Position numbers and translations under genes: made by a program
Assembly (NCBI GenBank): GCA_001818695.1
Contig: MHJG01000025.1
Coordinates: 8,373 to 66,509, forward strand
DNA: 58,137 nucleotides
Direction of reading: 5' to 3'
From: Candidatus Harrisonbacteria bacterium RIFCSPHIGHO2_02_FULL_42_16
Lineage (GTDB): Bacteria > Patescibacteriota > Minisyncoccia > UBA6257 > 02-FULL-45-10c
The notes under the pieces: model-generated
Told to the model about the DNA's origin: nothing
The model's database searches: none
Seen by the model: only the letters and a program-made list of their open reading frames with translations
Shown here: piece after piece, positions 1 to 9,830 of the stretch
Layout: each line of letters opens with the position of its first letter
How positions within the stretch are numbered: the stretch's first letter is position 1

Positions 1-463
1 ATGCAGCCCTTTTTACTGCCAATGTATTAATCACGATTAAGCTTTCGCTAACATTTAAATCAACGCTTACTTTCTTAAATTTAATAGTTAATGTTAGATC
101 GATATCATGTTCTGTATCTACTAAATTTTTAATCGCCTCATAAAGAGCATCATAATGTTCATTTGAAGCATCAATCACAATTTCCTTTGTTGAGGAATTA
201 AACATATTGTGGATAGTCTTTTGATTTAATCCCGAATTGATCGCAATATCTCTGGCTGGTAAATCTGGATTAAGAAATTCTTTTTTATACCAATCCACTG
301 TTATATCCTTGTTTTTAAGCTTTGCATCAATAACTTTTTTAAAAAAATCAAGGGCAAATTGTAAAAATTCCGTGTTTATTAGCGTTACGACTTCGATTCT
401 ATAATCCTCGCCTTTCAGCAACTTTCTTATTATGTTTTTTGCAACTTGGTCCGTTATTGTCAT
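1..463 (-). CDS. Partial CDS running off the left edge (first 154 codons). Unknown function; candidate partner of the adjacent methyltransferase.
   Basis: Absent from the ORF track because it has no stop in the window. The complement reads ATG (463..461) MTITDQVAKNIIRKLLKGEDYRIEVVTLINTEF... I checked every in-frame triplet down to position 2 and found no stop. Its ATG overlaps the methyltransferase TGA (ATGA at 460..463). Confidence 0.55.
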   Translation of the reverse strand, partial: MTITDQVAKNIIRKLLKGEDYRIEVVTLINTEFLQFALDFFKKVIDAKLKNKDITVDWYKKEFLNPDLPARDIAINSGLNQKTIHNMFNSSTKEIVIDASNEHYDALYEAIKNLVDTEHDIDLTLTIKFKKVSVDLNVSESLIVINTLAVKRAA

Positions 464-1875
464 ATTTTTTCTTCGATTAAATTGATGAAAGATTTTATAT
501 CTACAAATTTCGGCTCAGAGTTTTTTAAGCTAAATAAATTGGCATTTTTCATTAAATCTTCCTTCATGCGATTTACATATTTTGCCTCTTTCTCGGTTAA
601 AAAGAAATGTCGTTTTAGATTAGCTGCCGCCCTTCCCAGAGTCCCGCTTCCGGCAAATGGATCAAATATTAAATCGTCAGCAAATGAATAATATTGAACA
701 ACTCTATTGCATAACTCTATAGGAAAAACTGCACTATGTATTCTGTCAAAAGTCGGGTCAATATGCCAAACATTGGTTGTTTCGTAATTATCTAAAACCT
801 TACTTTTTTTCACTTTTTCCCAACTATATTGATGGATATTCCAATCAATTAATTTATCTGTTTTTTTTCTATAAACCATTAACATCTCGGAAATTGCATT
901 TGGTTTGTACCCCAGCGGTTTTCTGTGTTGTAAAAATCCAGCATTTCTATTTTTAACGCTTGCTTCCGGTTTAACCCATACAATATCGTCAATAAATTGC
1001 CAGCCCATTTTTACCAATAACGGGTGTATGTCGTAGGGAATGGGATATCTTCTACTGGCATGTGCCCGGCTTATTCTTGGAATAATAATCGGCGATGTAT
1101 TAAGTACGAAAAATCTACCTTCTTTTGTTATCCGATGTACTTCTTTAAAAACTTCTTCTAAAAATCTCAAATACTCATCGTAACTTTGGTAAATTGAATA
1201 GTCCCTAGCGTTATAATAAGGTGGTGAAGTAAAAGTTAAATGAATAGAATCGTCGGGAACATGTTTTAATGTTTCAACAACATCTCCTTGTACAATTGTA
1301 TTTTTAAGATAAGCAGGAAATTCGTCATGTTTCCCACTATTGCTTGAACTATAACTTACTCCATTTATCTCTTTCCCAATAACTTCCTTAATCAACTCGT
1401 TTGGATGATCGAGCAGCTTAGATAATTCTTTTTTTACGAGATTATTATTTGAAAAAACAAGTAAACCCCGTATAGCCTGCATTACAACTTTTGGGTCTCT
1501 ATCGGATAATAATTTAATTAAAGTTGGTATTGTTTTTTCATTTCTTAATCTCCCGATTGCGGAAACGGACTCACGCCTAACTTCAGTGCTTTCATCTTGT
1601 TTCGCAAAATTTATAAATGTATCAAGCAAAGAGATATCGCCTATTTTTGCAAGATTTTTTAAAGCAAGTGTTCTAATGGTCTCATTCTCGTTATTTAGTA
1701 GATTTAATAATGGTTGCTTGCTATACTCATTTTCTAATCTACCCAACTTCTCCAGTACATAAACAATGGTGCTGTCATTTTGATCTTGCAAAAATAATAA
1801 GAGAGCTTTCGTATCATTCTTTAAGCTGTCAATCTGTTCTCTATTTATTTGTTTACTCAATACCGATCTATTCAT
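460..1875 (-). CDS. DNA methyltransferase (beta-class N4-cytosine/N6-adenine type) fused to an N-terminal HEAT/PBS-lyase-like repeat domain
   Basis: Motif IV (LTFTSPPYYNARDY) precedes motif I (IFDPFAGSGTLGRAA); the IV->I order indicates beta class, and SPPY favours N4-cytosine. The first ~170 aa are tandem helical repeats (ETIRTLALKNLAKIGD, TEVRRESVSAIGRLRN, DPKVVMQAIRGLL) typical of HEAT repeats. Confidence 0.85.
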   Translation of the reverse strand: MNRSVLSKQINREQIDSLKNDTKALLLFLQDQNDSTIVYVLEKLGRLENEYSKQPLLNLLNNENETIRTLALKNLAKIGDISLLDTFINFAKQDESTEVRRESVSAIGRLRNEKTIPTLIKLLSDRDPKVVMQAIRGLLVFSNNNLVKKELSKLLDHPNELIKEVIGKEINGVSYSSSNSGKHDEFPAYLKNTIVQGDVVETLKHVPDDSIHLTFTSPPYYNARDYSIYQSYDEYLRFLEEVFKEVHRITKEGRFFVLNTSPIIIPRISRAHASRRYPIPYDIHPLLVKMGWQFIDDIVWVKPEASVKNRNAGFLQHRKPLGYKPNAISEMLMVYRKKTDKLIDWNIHQYSWEKVKKSKVLDNYETTNVWHIDPTFDRIHSAVFPIELCNRVVQYYSFADDLIFDPFAGSGTLGRAAANLKRHFFLTEKEAKYVNRMKEDLMKNANLFSLKNSEPKFVDIKSFINLIEEKI

Positions 1876-1895
1876 ATTTTATTTCATTTCCTAAC

Positions 1896-1985
1896 TGGCG
1901 GAGGGTACAGGATTTGAACCTGTGATCCCCTTTCGGAGAAACTTGCTTTCCAAGCAAGCGCACTAGACCGCTATGCGAACCCTCC
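1896..1985 (-). tRNA. tRNA-Ser (anticodon GGA), CCA encoded
   Basis: The complement reads GGAGGGT...CTTGC-TTGGAAA-GCAAG...long variable arm...GGTTCAAATCC...ACCCTCC-G-CCA. It has a 7-bp acceptor stem, a GGA anticodon and the long extra arm typical of tRNA-Ser. Confidence 0.9.
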
Positions 1986-2067
1986 CTAAATAATAAATTT
2001 TATTGTCGGGCGACGGATTATACAAAATCCGTTTAGCCATACATTAGATTAACTTATAACTTTTCTT

Positions 2068-2955
2068 TTAAATTTTCAATCCGCGGAGTGCCTTCACCCT
2101 CTCCTCTACCGGCGGATGAGTCATGAAAAGTTTATGAAAAAATGAAATTTGTTTTTTATTGTCAAACGGGTCATCAAACCATAAATGCGAAGTGGTGTTA
2201 TTAGCAACGTTAAGCGGCGTAGGGTCAGAAGAAATTTTTATCAGCGCGCTCGCCAGCGCGTCCGGATAACGGGTAAGCAAAGCTCCTGAAGCATCCGCTA
2301 AAAATTCCCGTTTTCTGGAAATCGCCAATTGCATCAGCATTCCTCCGATTGGCGCCAAAACAGCCAATAATATGCCGATTAATAAGATTGCCGGATGCAT
2401 TTTATCGTTTCTGCGTCTGCCCCAGAACATAGAACGCATAAAAAAATCGGAAGCGATAGAAATAAAACCTACTAACACTACCGCCATAGTGGAGACCAGC
2501 ATATCCCAATTGCCGATATGCGAAAGTTCGTGCGCGATAACTCCTTCCAATTCTGAACGGTCCAGCCGTTCTAAAAGTCCGGCAGTTACCGCCACTACCG
2601 CGTGTTCCGGATTTCGACCGGTGGCAAAAGCATTTGGCGCCGGTTCATTTATAATATAAATTTTCGGCGTCGGCAGACCGGCGGTGATGGATAAATTTTC
2701 CACGATATTATAAAGTTCTCTGGCGTTTTCTTTGGAAATCGGCCGAGCGTCCGCCATTTTCAAGACAATTTTATCCGAATACCAATAACTGGTTAAACTC
2801 ATTCCAACGCTAAAAAGCGCAACTACATACAAAATTGCCGGGTCGCCGTAAATCTGGGTAAAAGTCCAGCCAATGCCGATCGCCGCAATCAAAAAAAGCG
2901 TGAAAATCAGCCAAGTTTTCCGGATATTGGAATCCTTGTGAGTGTAAAGGTTCAT
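2068..2955 (-). CDS. htpX: M48-family zinc metalloprotease HtpX
   Basis: HEXXH motif (AHELSHIGNWD), several TM segments and 295 aa, all typical of HtpX. Confidence 0.9.
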   Translation of the reverse strand: MNLYTHKDSNIRKTWLIFTLFLIAAIGIGWTFTQIYGDPAILYVVALFSVGMSLTSYWYSDKIVLKMADARPISKENARELYNIVENLSITAGLPTPKIYIINEPAPNAFATGRNPEHAVVAVTAGLLERLDRSELEGVIAHELSHIGNWDMLVSTMAVVLVGFISIASDFFMRSMFWGRRRNDKMHPAILLIGILLAVLAPIGGMLMQLAISRKREFLADASGALLTRYPDALASALIKISSDPTPLNVANNTTSHLWFDDPFDNKKQISFFHKLFMTHPPVEERVKALRGLKI

Positions 2956-2967
2956 AAATTTAAGCGA

Positions 2968-3522
2968 TTAAAATTTTACTTTCACGGGCTGTTTTTCGGA
3001 TTCTGATTCTACTTCAAAAAATTTCTGCTCCGTAAATCCGAACGGCTTGGCAAGAAGATTCACGGGAAATGAATGTACCGCAGTATTCATCGCCATTACC
3101 ATTGCATTATAAAACCGGCGCGATGCCTGAATTTTATTTTCCGTGTCCGCCAGTTCTCTTTGTAAATCCAAAAAATTGGCATTGGCTTTCAAGTCCGGAT
3201 AATTTTCCGACACCGCAAATAAGGTCTTTAAAGTATTGGAAAGCTGATTTTCCGCCGCCTCCCTTTCCAACGGACTGCCGCCTCCGGAGACCGCCGTACG
3301 GGCATTAGTCACATTTTCCAGCACACCCTTTTCATGAGCCATGTATCCTTTTACGGTTTCCACTAAATTAGGGATTAAGTCATATCTTCTTTTAAGCTGG
3401 ACATCCACATCGGAAAGCGACTCTTTGACGCGATAACGCAAGCGCACTAATCGGTTATAGGTAAAAACTGCCCAAAGCGCCACTGCGCCGACGGCAATAT
3501 ATAAAAAAGTTAATAATTCCAT
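2968..3522 (-). CDS. lemA: LemA family membrane protein
   Basis: N-terminal TM helix followed by LemA-like sequence (RRYDLIPNLVETVKGY..., NKIQASRRFYN). Sits immediately upstream of htpX, a common pairing. Confidence 0.85.
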   Translation of the reverse strand: MELLTFLYIAVGAVALWAVFTYNRLVRLRYRVKESLSDVDVQLKRRYDLIPNLVETVKGYMAHEKGVLENVTNARTAVSGGGSPLEREAAENQLSNTLKTLFAVSENYPDLKANANFLDLQRELADTENKIQASRRFYNAMVMAMNTAVHSFPVNLLAKPFGFTEQKFFEVESESEKQPVKVKF

Positions 3523-3579
3523 AGTAAATACAGTATACCAAAAAACTAATAAATAAAAAAGGGCTTCTTAAGAAGCCCT

Positions 3580-4371
3580 TTACACTTTTTTATTTTTTGT
3601 TTTATACCAAGGAAGTCCGCCCACCATTTCCACTTCGTAATCTTGAAATAAATTCGGGTAACGCGCTTTTACTTTTTCCGCGATTTTTCCGAAAACCAGT
3701 CGGATTTCTTCTTCCGTGCCCGGAGCGGTGCGCATTTCAATTACGTGACGCAAGGTACGGGCATTCACTGACCAACCAATAGTCGTAGCGAGTCCAATTG
3801 GCGCTAGTCGGCGCATCGCTGAAGTTAATTCTTTCTTTTCATCAAATTTTTTAAGATTATCCAAGTCTAGCAATTCAGAAAGCTCTGTCTGACGGCGTTC
3901 TAAATATTCTATCGTTTCCACAACTAATTGCTTAATTCGTTCACTTTTAGAATGAGATTTAAAACAAGAAGGCATCCAAAATTTCAGCGCAGTAAGACGG
4001 ACAAAACGCAGACTCTCTTGAGAAATAGCCACACCAACCCTATGTCGAACTAATTCGTGAGTAAAAACCCTGCTGACATTTGCTAAAATGAAATTAAACA
4101 TGCCGTGTTCCAGAACCGAGCCATGGCCAACTTCCAAAATGTGTCCCAAATATTTGTCGTTGCCTTCTCTTACTTTAGTAATGTTAGGGTTTAACCCCGG
4201 TTTCCAACTACGGTAACATAAACGCCCCATTACTTCGGCAATTGCTTCCATATCACTATAGCTATCCGTGCTCCATTCCGAAGCCCCGACATCATTTAAA
4301 TAAAGAGAGAGTTCATCTTTTTTAATAACCGTTTCACCAATCAAATATATTTTTGGTTCAGTAAATTTCAT
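3580..4371 (-). CDS. thyX: FAD-dependent thymidylate synthase ThyX
   Basis: ThyX signature RHRVGVAISQES. I prefer the ATG at 4371, preceded by GGAGG (complement of 4376..4380), over the TTG at 4437 used by the track. Confidence 0.9.
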   Translation of the reverse strand: MKFTEPKIYLIGETVIKKDELSLYLNDVGASEWSTDSYSDMEAIAEVMGRLCYRSWKPGLNPNITKVREGNDKYLGHILEVGHGSVLEHGMFNFILANVSRVFTHELVRHRVGVAISQESLRFVRLTALKFWMPSCFKSHSKSERIKQLVVETIEYLERRQTELSELLDLDNLKKFDEKKELTSAMRRLAPIGLATTIGWSVNARTLRHVIEMRTAPGTEEEIRLVFGKIAEKVKARYPNLFQDYEVEMVGGLPWYKTKNKKV

Positions 4372-4461
4372 TGTTCCTCCTATATTATTTTTTTCAAGAA
4401 CCACTTTTAGCTTATTCTTTTTAAAATAAAAAATCAAATGCCGGTAAATTAAATTCGGGCA

Positions 4462-4497
4462 CCCCAGTTATATTTGCCATAGCAAATATAACTGGGG
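4462..4497. repeat. Perfect 16-bp-stem hairpin (ccccagttatatttgc / gcaaatataactgggg, 4-nt loop) between the caspase-like gene and thyX
   Basis: Read directly: 4462..4477 is the reverse complement of 4482..4497. No clear T-run follows on the minus strand. Confidence 0.7.
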
Positions 4498-4519
4498 TTA
4501 GATTATTTTTATATTTTAA

Positions 4520-4549
4520 ATAGCTCCGCGAAACACGGAGCTATTTTTT
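4520..4549. terminator. Terminator-like hairpin (atagctccg-cgaaaca-cggagctat) flanked by A/T runs
   Basis: 9-bp stem. The T-run is on the plus strand and an A/T-rich tail on the minus strand. It lies 85 nt downstream of the caspase-like gene. Confidence 0.5.
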
Positions 4550-4634
4550 AGGATAACAAAGATAATCTATGTCATCGCCGCTACGGAGTGAAAAGGCGTC
4601 GGAAAATGAAGTATTGCCGTAAACATATTTTGGA

Positions 4635-5117
4635 TTAGCCGGTTGGCAATTTCGCCACGCGCTTAAGACCCGTCTCAATACCGAACCCCAGCCGTCCAGA
4701 TTTTCCGGAGCCAAACCAATAAATTAAGCTCTTATTCTTAAGCAATTTTTGATATCTGGCCGCCGCCATCGCGTAACAGCAATCATTAAGAAAAATAATC
4801 TCTTTCCGATGTTCCGCCAAGATTTTAAAAATTCTATCGTAAAAAATGTATAAGCAATCATCGGGGCTCCAGCCATATTTAAGGCCATGACCGGTATAAT
4901 AAAGCACAAACGGTTCTACGCCACTGCCCGTTAATATCTTTTCCAACATTTCATAAATATTTCCCGCGCCAAAACCTTGATAGCGCTGATGATAGCGATA
5001 CATCTTATGATATGTTATTTGACTGTCCGCCAATCCCACTTGCCCACGCAGGTAGCTTTGAAATTCCAAACCTAATTGCTGAGCGTCATCCGTACCGCTT
5101 ATAATCAATGCTCGCAT
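4635..5117 (-). CDS. Minimal caspase-fold (clan CD, C14-like) protein, about 160 aa
   Basis: The order is beta-strand ALIISG, then VLYYTGHG (His-Gly), then IIFLNDCCYA (Asp-x-Cys) 36 residues later. This matches the His/Cys dyad layout of metacaspase/CHAT-type proteases. The preferred ATG at 5117 overlaps the TAA of the upstream deaminase (TAATG) and follows GGGGGG. Confidence 0.55.
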   Translation of the reverse strand: MRALIISGTDDAQQLGLEFQSYLRGQVGLADSQITYHKMYRYHQRYQGFGAGNIYEMLEKILTGSGVEPFVLYYTGHGLKYGWSPDDCLYIFYDRIFKILAEHRKEIIFLNDCCYAMAAARYQKLLKNKSLIYWFGSGKSGRLGFGIETGLKRVAKLPTG

Positions 5118-5683
5118 TATTCCCCCCAATCCGTTGGAAATTGCTCTTTAATTCCCAAAGGACAATATCTGGTAAAAACCCCTCCGGGCTTTTGTTGTCT
5201 TTTAAGAATTTTATTCTTTACTACAAGAATTTCAGAAGAAAACTTTTCTAAAGTAATTCCTTTTTTTCTGCAGAGGTCTTTCATAAATTCTTTTTCCTGC
5301 TCTGTATTATTGCCATATTCAACTAAATAACCTACATAAGATATTTTTAAACGAACTAAATCTCTAAAACAATCTATGCATGGCTCATGAGTTGAAAGGC
5401 AATGGCCGCCGGGTATTTCTCTAACACCGGCATAATGTTTAGCATTATGTTCGGCATGATCGCAACGCTTACAATGACCATTGATAAGTAAGCATCCTAC
5501 TCCGGTGTCTTCACAGTGAGGTTCTCCCGGCAATGATCCGTTATGAGCCATTGCGATTAAAGATTTATCTGCTCGCCACAATCCGGCGCCAACCTGAATT
5601 CTGCAAGTGGATCGCGATGATTCTTCACAGATCTGGCTAAAGGCAACTTCTAAAAAACTGGGGCGGCTAATTTCTTGTTCCAT
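5117..5683 (-). CDS. dCMP/cytidine deaminase-family zinc enzyme (ComEB/dCMP deaminase-like) with a ~60-aa C-terminal extension
   Basis: Contains the HAEHNA and PCIDC zinc-binding motifs. The ATG at 5683 is preceded by GGAGAG (complement of 5688..5693). Confidence 0.8.
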   Translation of the reverse strand: MEQEISRPSFLEVAFSQICEESSRSTCRIQVGAGLWRADKSLIAMAHNGSLPGEPHCEDTGVGCLLINGHCKRCDHAEHNAKHYAGVREIPGGHCLSTHEPCIDCFRDLVRLKISYVGYLVEYGNNTEQEKEFMKDLCRKKGITLEKFSSEILVVKNKILKRQQKPGGVFTRYCPLGIKEQFPTDWGE

Positions 5684-5773
5684 TTTTCTCTCCTTTTTCA
5701 TTGAACTGATTACAATATACAATAAAAAATACCGGTTGTAAATCCCCAGACCTGCTGTTTAAGCGGTTTTTTA

Positions 5774-7420
<1,647 letters not shown>

Positions 7421-7509
7421 GTTTGCTTTATAAACTATCAACAAATAGCGAATCCATGCGAATATATGAATTTACAAATTCGTTTATTCGTAAATTCGTA
7501 AAAAATTCG

Positions 7510-7800
7510 TTATTCGATGATGGCTAAAATATCCGCTTCCTCCCCGACTAAATATTTTTTGCCGTCGACTTCCAGCTCGTCAGGGCCGTATTTTTTAAAT
7601 AAAACTAAGTCCCCGATTTTTACGGACATAGGAACCCGTTTGCCGTGTTCGTCCAGTTTTCCCGGGCCAACCGCCACTACTTTACCCCTGATTGGTTTTT
7701 CTTTTTCTGCCGTATCCGGAAGCACGATGCCAAATTTAGTGGTCTTTTCCTCGTCCAGCGGTTCAAGAAAAACTCGGTCATTTAATGGTTTTAGATTCAT
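7510..7800 (-). CDS. groS: Co-chaperonin GroES
   Basis: [14 protein letters not shown]...GKVVAVGPG... The ATG at 7800 is preferred over the upstream TTG. Confidence 0.95.
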   Translation of the reverse strand: MNLKPLNDRVFLEPLDEEKTTKFGIVLPDTAEKEKPIRGKVVAVGPGKLDEHGKRVPMSVKIGDLVLFKKYGPDELEVDGKKYLVGEEADILAIIE

Positions 7801-7909
7801 GCATATCAACGGATAACGAATCAATACGGATAAACTAATATACGAATTCGTTTATTCGGATATTCGTAATTTATTCGCTATTCGATGGTTTATTACGACC
7901 TTACTGTAT

Positions 7910-7936
7910 TTATCAGTCTACGCCAAAGAGTGATAA
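7910..7936. promoter_or_regulatory. CIRCE-like inverted repeat upstream of groES
   Basis: TTATCAGTC-N9-GAGTGATAA compared with the canonical TTAGCACTC-N9-GAGTGCTAA. The arms are 8/9 self-complementary. It lies 110 nt upstream of the groES ATG. Confidence 0.7.
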
Positions 7937-8001
7937 TTTGTCAAATGATATAACTGCCGCAAGAAGTGGTGGGTAACAAAAAATCCCCGTGTTAACAAGG
8001 A

Positions 8002-8658
8002 TTATTTTTGGGTGTTAAGAACGGCAGACATTACATCCGGTATTTCTTTTGATAATTTATCAAGAGCTGTCTTTTCCCCGCTAATTAAATCCGCGATTAA
8101 AAGAACTTTAACATCTGGATATTTGTCTTTATGCAAAAGCGCTTTTTCAAAAATCGCGATATACGGTTCAATTTTTGAAAAAATGTCCAGTAATTTCTGA
8201 TAATCGTCTTCCCGCCGGAGAATTTCGTATAAATTATGCTCTCGCGCAATGGCCTTAAACCCATTTCTAATTTCTTTATCATTAATAAACAGCCGAATAT
8301 TTTTATAGCGTTTCAAAATAGAATAAAGATGCCGTTTCAAGCTTTCGCTGTCAGGTAAATAATGGTCTCTATATTTGGGCTTTTTTGATTTCCACCGCAA
8401 TCTTTTTAATCTTGCTTCCAGCGTTACCTCGTCTAAAATCCTGAATTTCTTTACCTGAATCAATATCTTTCTGCCGGTTTGTTCGTCTATAACCGTAATA
8501 TCAATGCCGGCGGCATCGCGTTTTTTGCTCGGAATAGAGTGCATTACGGAAAATTTACGGCTATGGACTTCCGCCCATGTAATTACTCCCCGATGAGCTA
8601 TAATTTCCGCCACTCTATCGGGATATTCTTCACAAACGGGACAAAGATGCTTTATCAA
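8002..8658 (-). CDS. Hypothetical protein with an Mrr-type restriction-endonuclease-like core
   Basis: AAGIDITVIDEQTGRKILIQVKK resembles the GID...(V/I)QxK catalytic motif of Mrr-cat/PD-(D/E)XK nucleases. The C-terminal half is helical and of unknown function. Confidence 0.45.
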   Translation of the reverse strand: MIKHLCPVCEEYPDRVAEIIAHRGVITWAEVHSRKFSVMHSIPSKKRDAAGIDITVIDEQTGRKILIQVKKFRILDEVTLEARLKRLRWKSKKPKYRDHYLPDSESLKRHLYSILKRYKNIRLFINDKEIRNGFKAIAREHNLYEILRREDDYQKLLDIFSKIEPYIAIFEKALLHKDKYPDVKVLLIADLISGEKTALDKLSKEIPDVMSAVLNTQK

Positions 8659-8695
8659 TTAAATCTCCTGTGTCAAATATACTATAACTAAGATA

Positions 8696-9367
8696 CTATA
8701 ATTTATTTTTTATGTATAGCTCTATCCGTTTAGTATCAGAGTGAAACTCTAATTCATTATCGTTATAAATAATGCGCGGCTTGTAACCGGATTGTTTTTT
8801 AATGCTATTTTCAATCCGCATTGTTTGAACAGCTTTTAATAATTTTTCCGTCCAGTCCGCCCAAATGCCAAACCATCGCCACTCCCAAAATCGTTTTAAG
8901 AATCCTTTCTTTTTATATACATGTCTCTTATCAGTTATATACATTCTTCTTTCTTGAAGCCAATCCGCATTGGCGTCAAAAAATTTTTGGATAACTTCCG
9001 GCTCGCCATAAACCGGAACTAAGTTTTGATAAAGATTTTTCCAATACTCATTATGTGGCGGTGATAAACGGTAAGCCGCCGGCGTCACAAAATGATTAAA
9101 GCAAATTTTATCCCGCCACTTTTTAGAATTATTTCCTTTATGAACAGCGCGCCAGCCGAACATTCCAAAAATTAACCAGCAAAAAAATCTGACGGTGAAA
9201 ATTCTTCCCTGCCGTACGCCGACAATCACGTCAAAATCCGAATTTTCATTTACGTTTCCAGTTGCCAACGACCCGGCCGCTAAAACAAAATCCACAAACG
9301 GAATAAGTTTAAACGGCCAAACTTTGCCTAAAAACTTCTGCCATTTTTGATTATATAAATTATCCAT
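8696..9367 (-). CDS. Pol-beta-superfamily nucleotidyltransferase domain protein
   Basis: GS-x10-DxD signature: AAGSLATGNVNENSDFDVIVG. Confidence 0.7.
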   Translation of the reverse strand: MDNLYNQKWQKFLGKVWPFKLIPFVDFVLAAGSLATGNVNENSDFDVIVGVRQGRIFTVRFFCWLIFGMFGWRAVHKGNNSKKWRDKICFNHFVTPAAYRLSPPHNEYWKNLYQNLVPVYGEPEVIQKFFDANADWLQERRMYITDKRHVYKKKGFLKRFWEWRWFGIWADWTEKLLKAVQTMRIENSIKKQSGYKPRIIYNDNELEFHSDTKRIELYIKNKL

Positions 9368-9421
9368 TCTTATAAATTATAAAATAAAAGCGGCTCATTT
9401 GCATTAAGCCGCTGTTTAAAT

Positions 9422-9610
9422 TTATTTATATCCGGTAACGCCGTTTGAATCATCGGAGTCAAATTTAGTTTTTTCCAGTTCTTTTTTCCGCAAGATATTC
9501 AGCATTTGCGACAAAAGATACAGCACGGCAATTGGAAAAACAATGTAATTGAATACCAATAATAAGAACATTAAAAACTCTATAACCGAATTTGCTGGCT
9601 GGACAGACAT
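9422..9610 (-). CDS. Small membrane protein (62 aa)
   Basis: One long hydrophobic segment. The ATG is preceded by AGGGGGG. Confidence 0.55.
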   Translation of the reverse strand: MSVQPANSVIEFLMFLLLVFNYIVFPIAVLYLLSQMLNILRKKELEKTKFDSDDSNGVTGYK

Positions 9611-9745
9611 CTAACCCCCCCTATTTATTTCTTTATGCGCTAAAAATAGCATAACATTTGATGTTTTTAGATACAACTCTTATCTTATCAAAAAATTTTT
9701 TAAAACAGTTAAAATCCGCATAACTAACGGTAATATTATTATCTC

Positions 9746-9771
9746 CCGTACTATCCTATAGGATAGTACGG
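9746..9771. repeat. Perfect 26-bp palindrome CCGTACTATCCTA|TAGGATAGTACGG
   Basis: Read directly; it is intergenic. It could be an operator or a hairpin. Confidence 0.85.
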
Positions 9772-9803
9772 CGGAATAACGGAAAGATTTTAAATCTTTT
9801 TTC

Positions 9804-9830
9804 AAAAAAAAGTCGACGCGGGGTCGACTT
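9804..9830 (-). terminator. Rho-independent terminator of the 9829..10407 gene
   Basis: The complement gives AAGTCGAC-CCCGC-GTCGACTT followed by TTTTTTT. The stem includes the stop codon. Confidence 0.8.
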
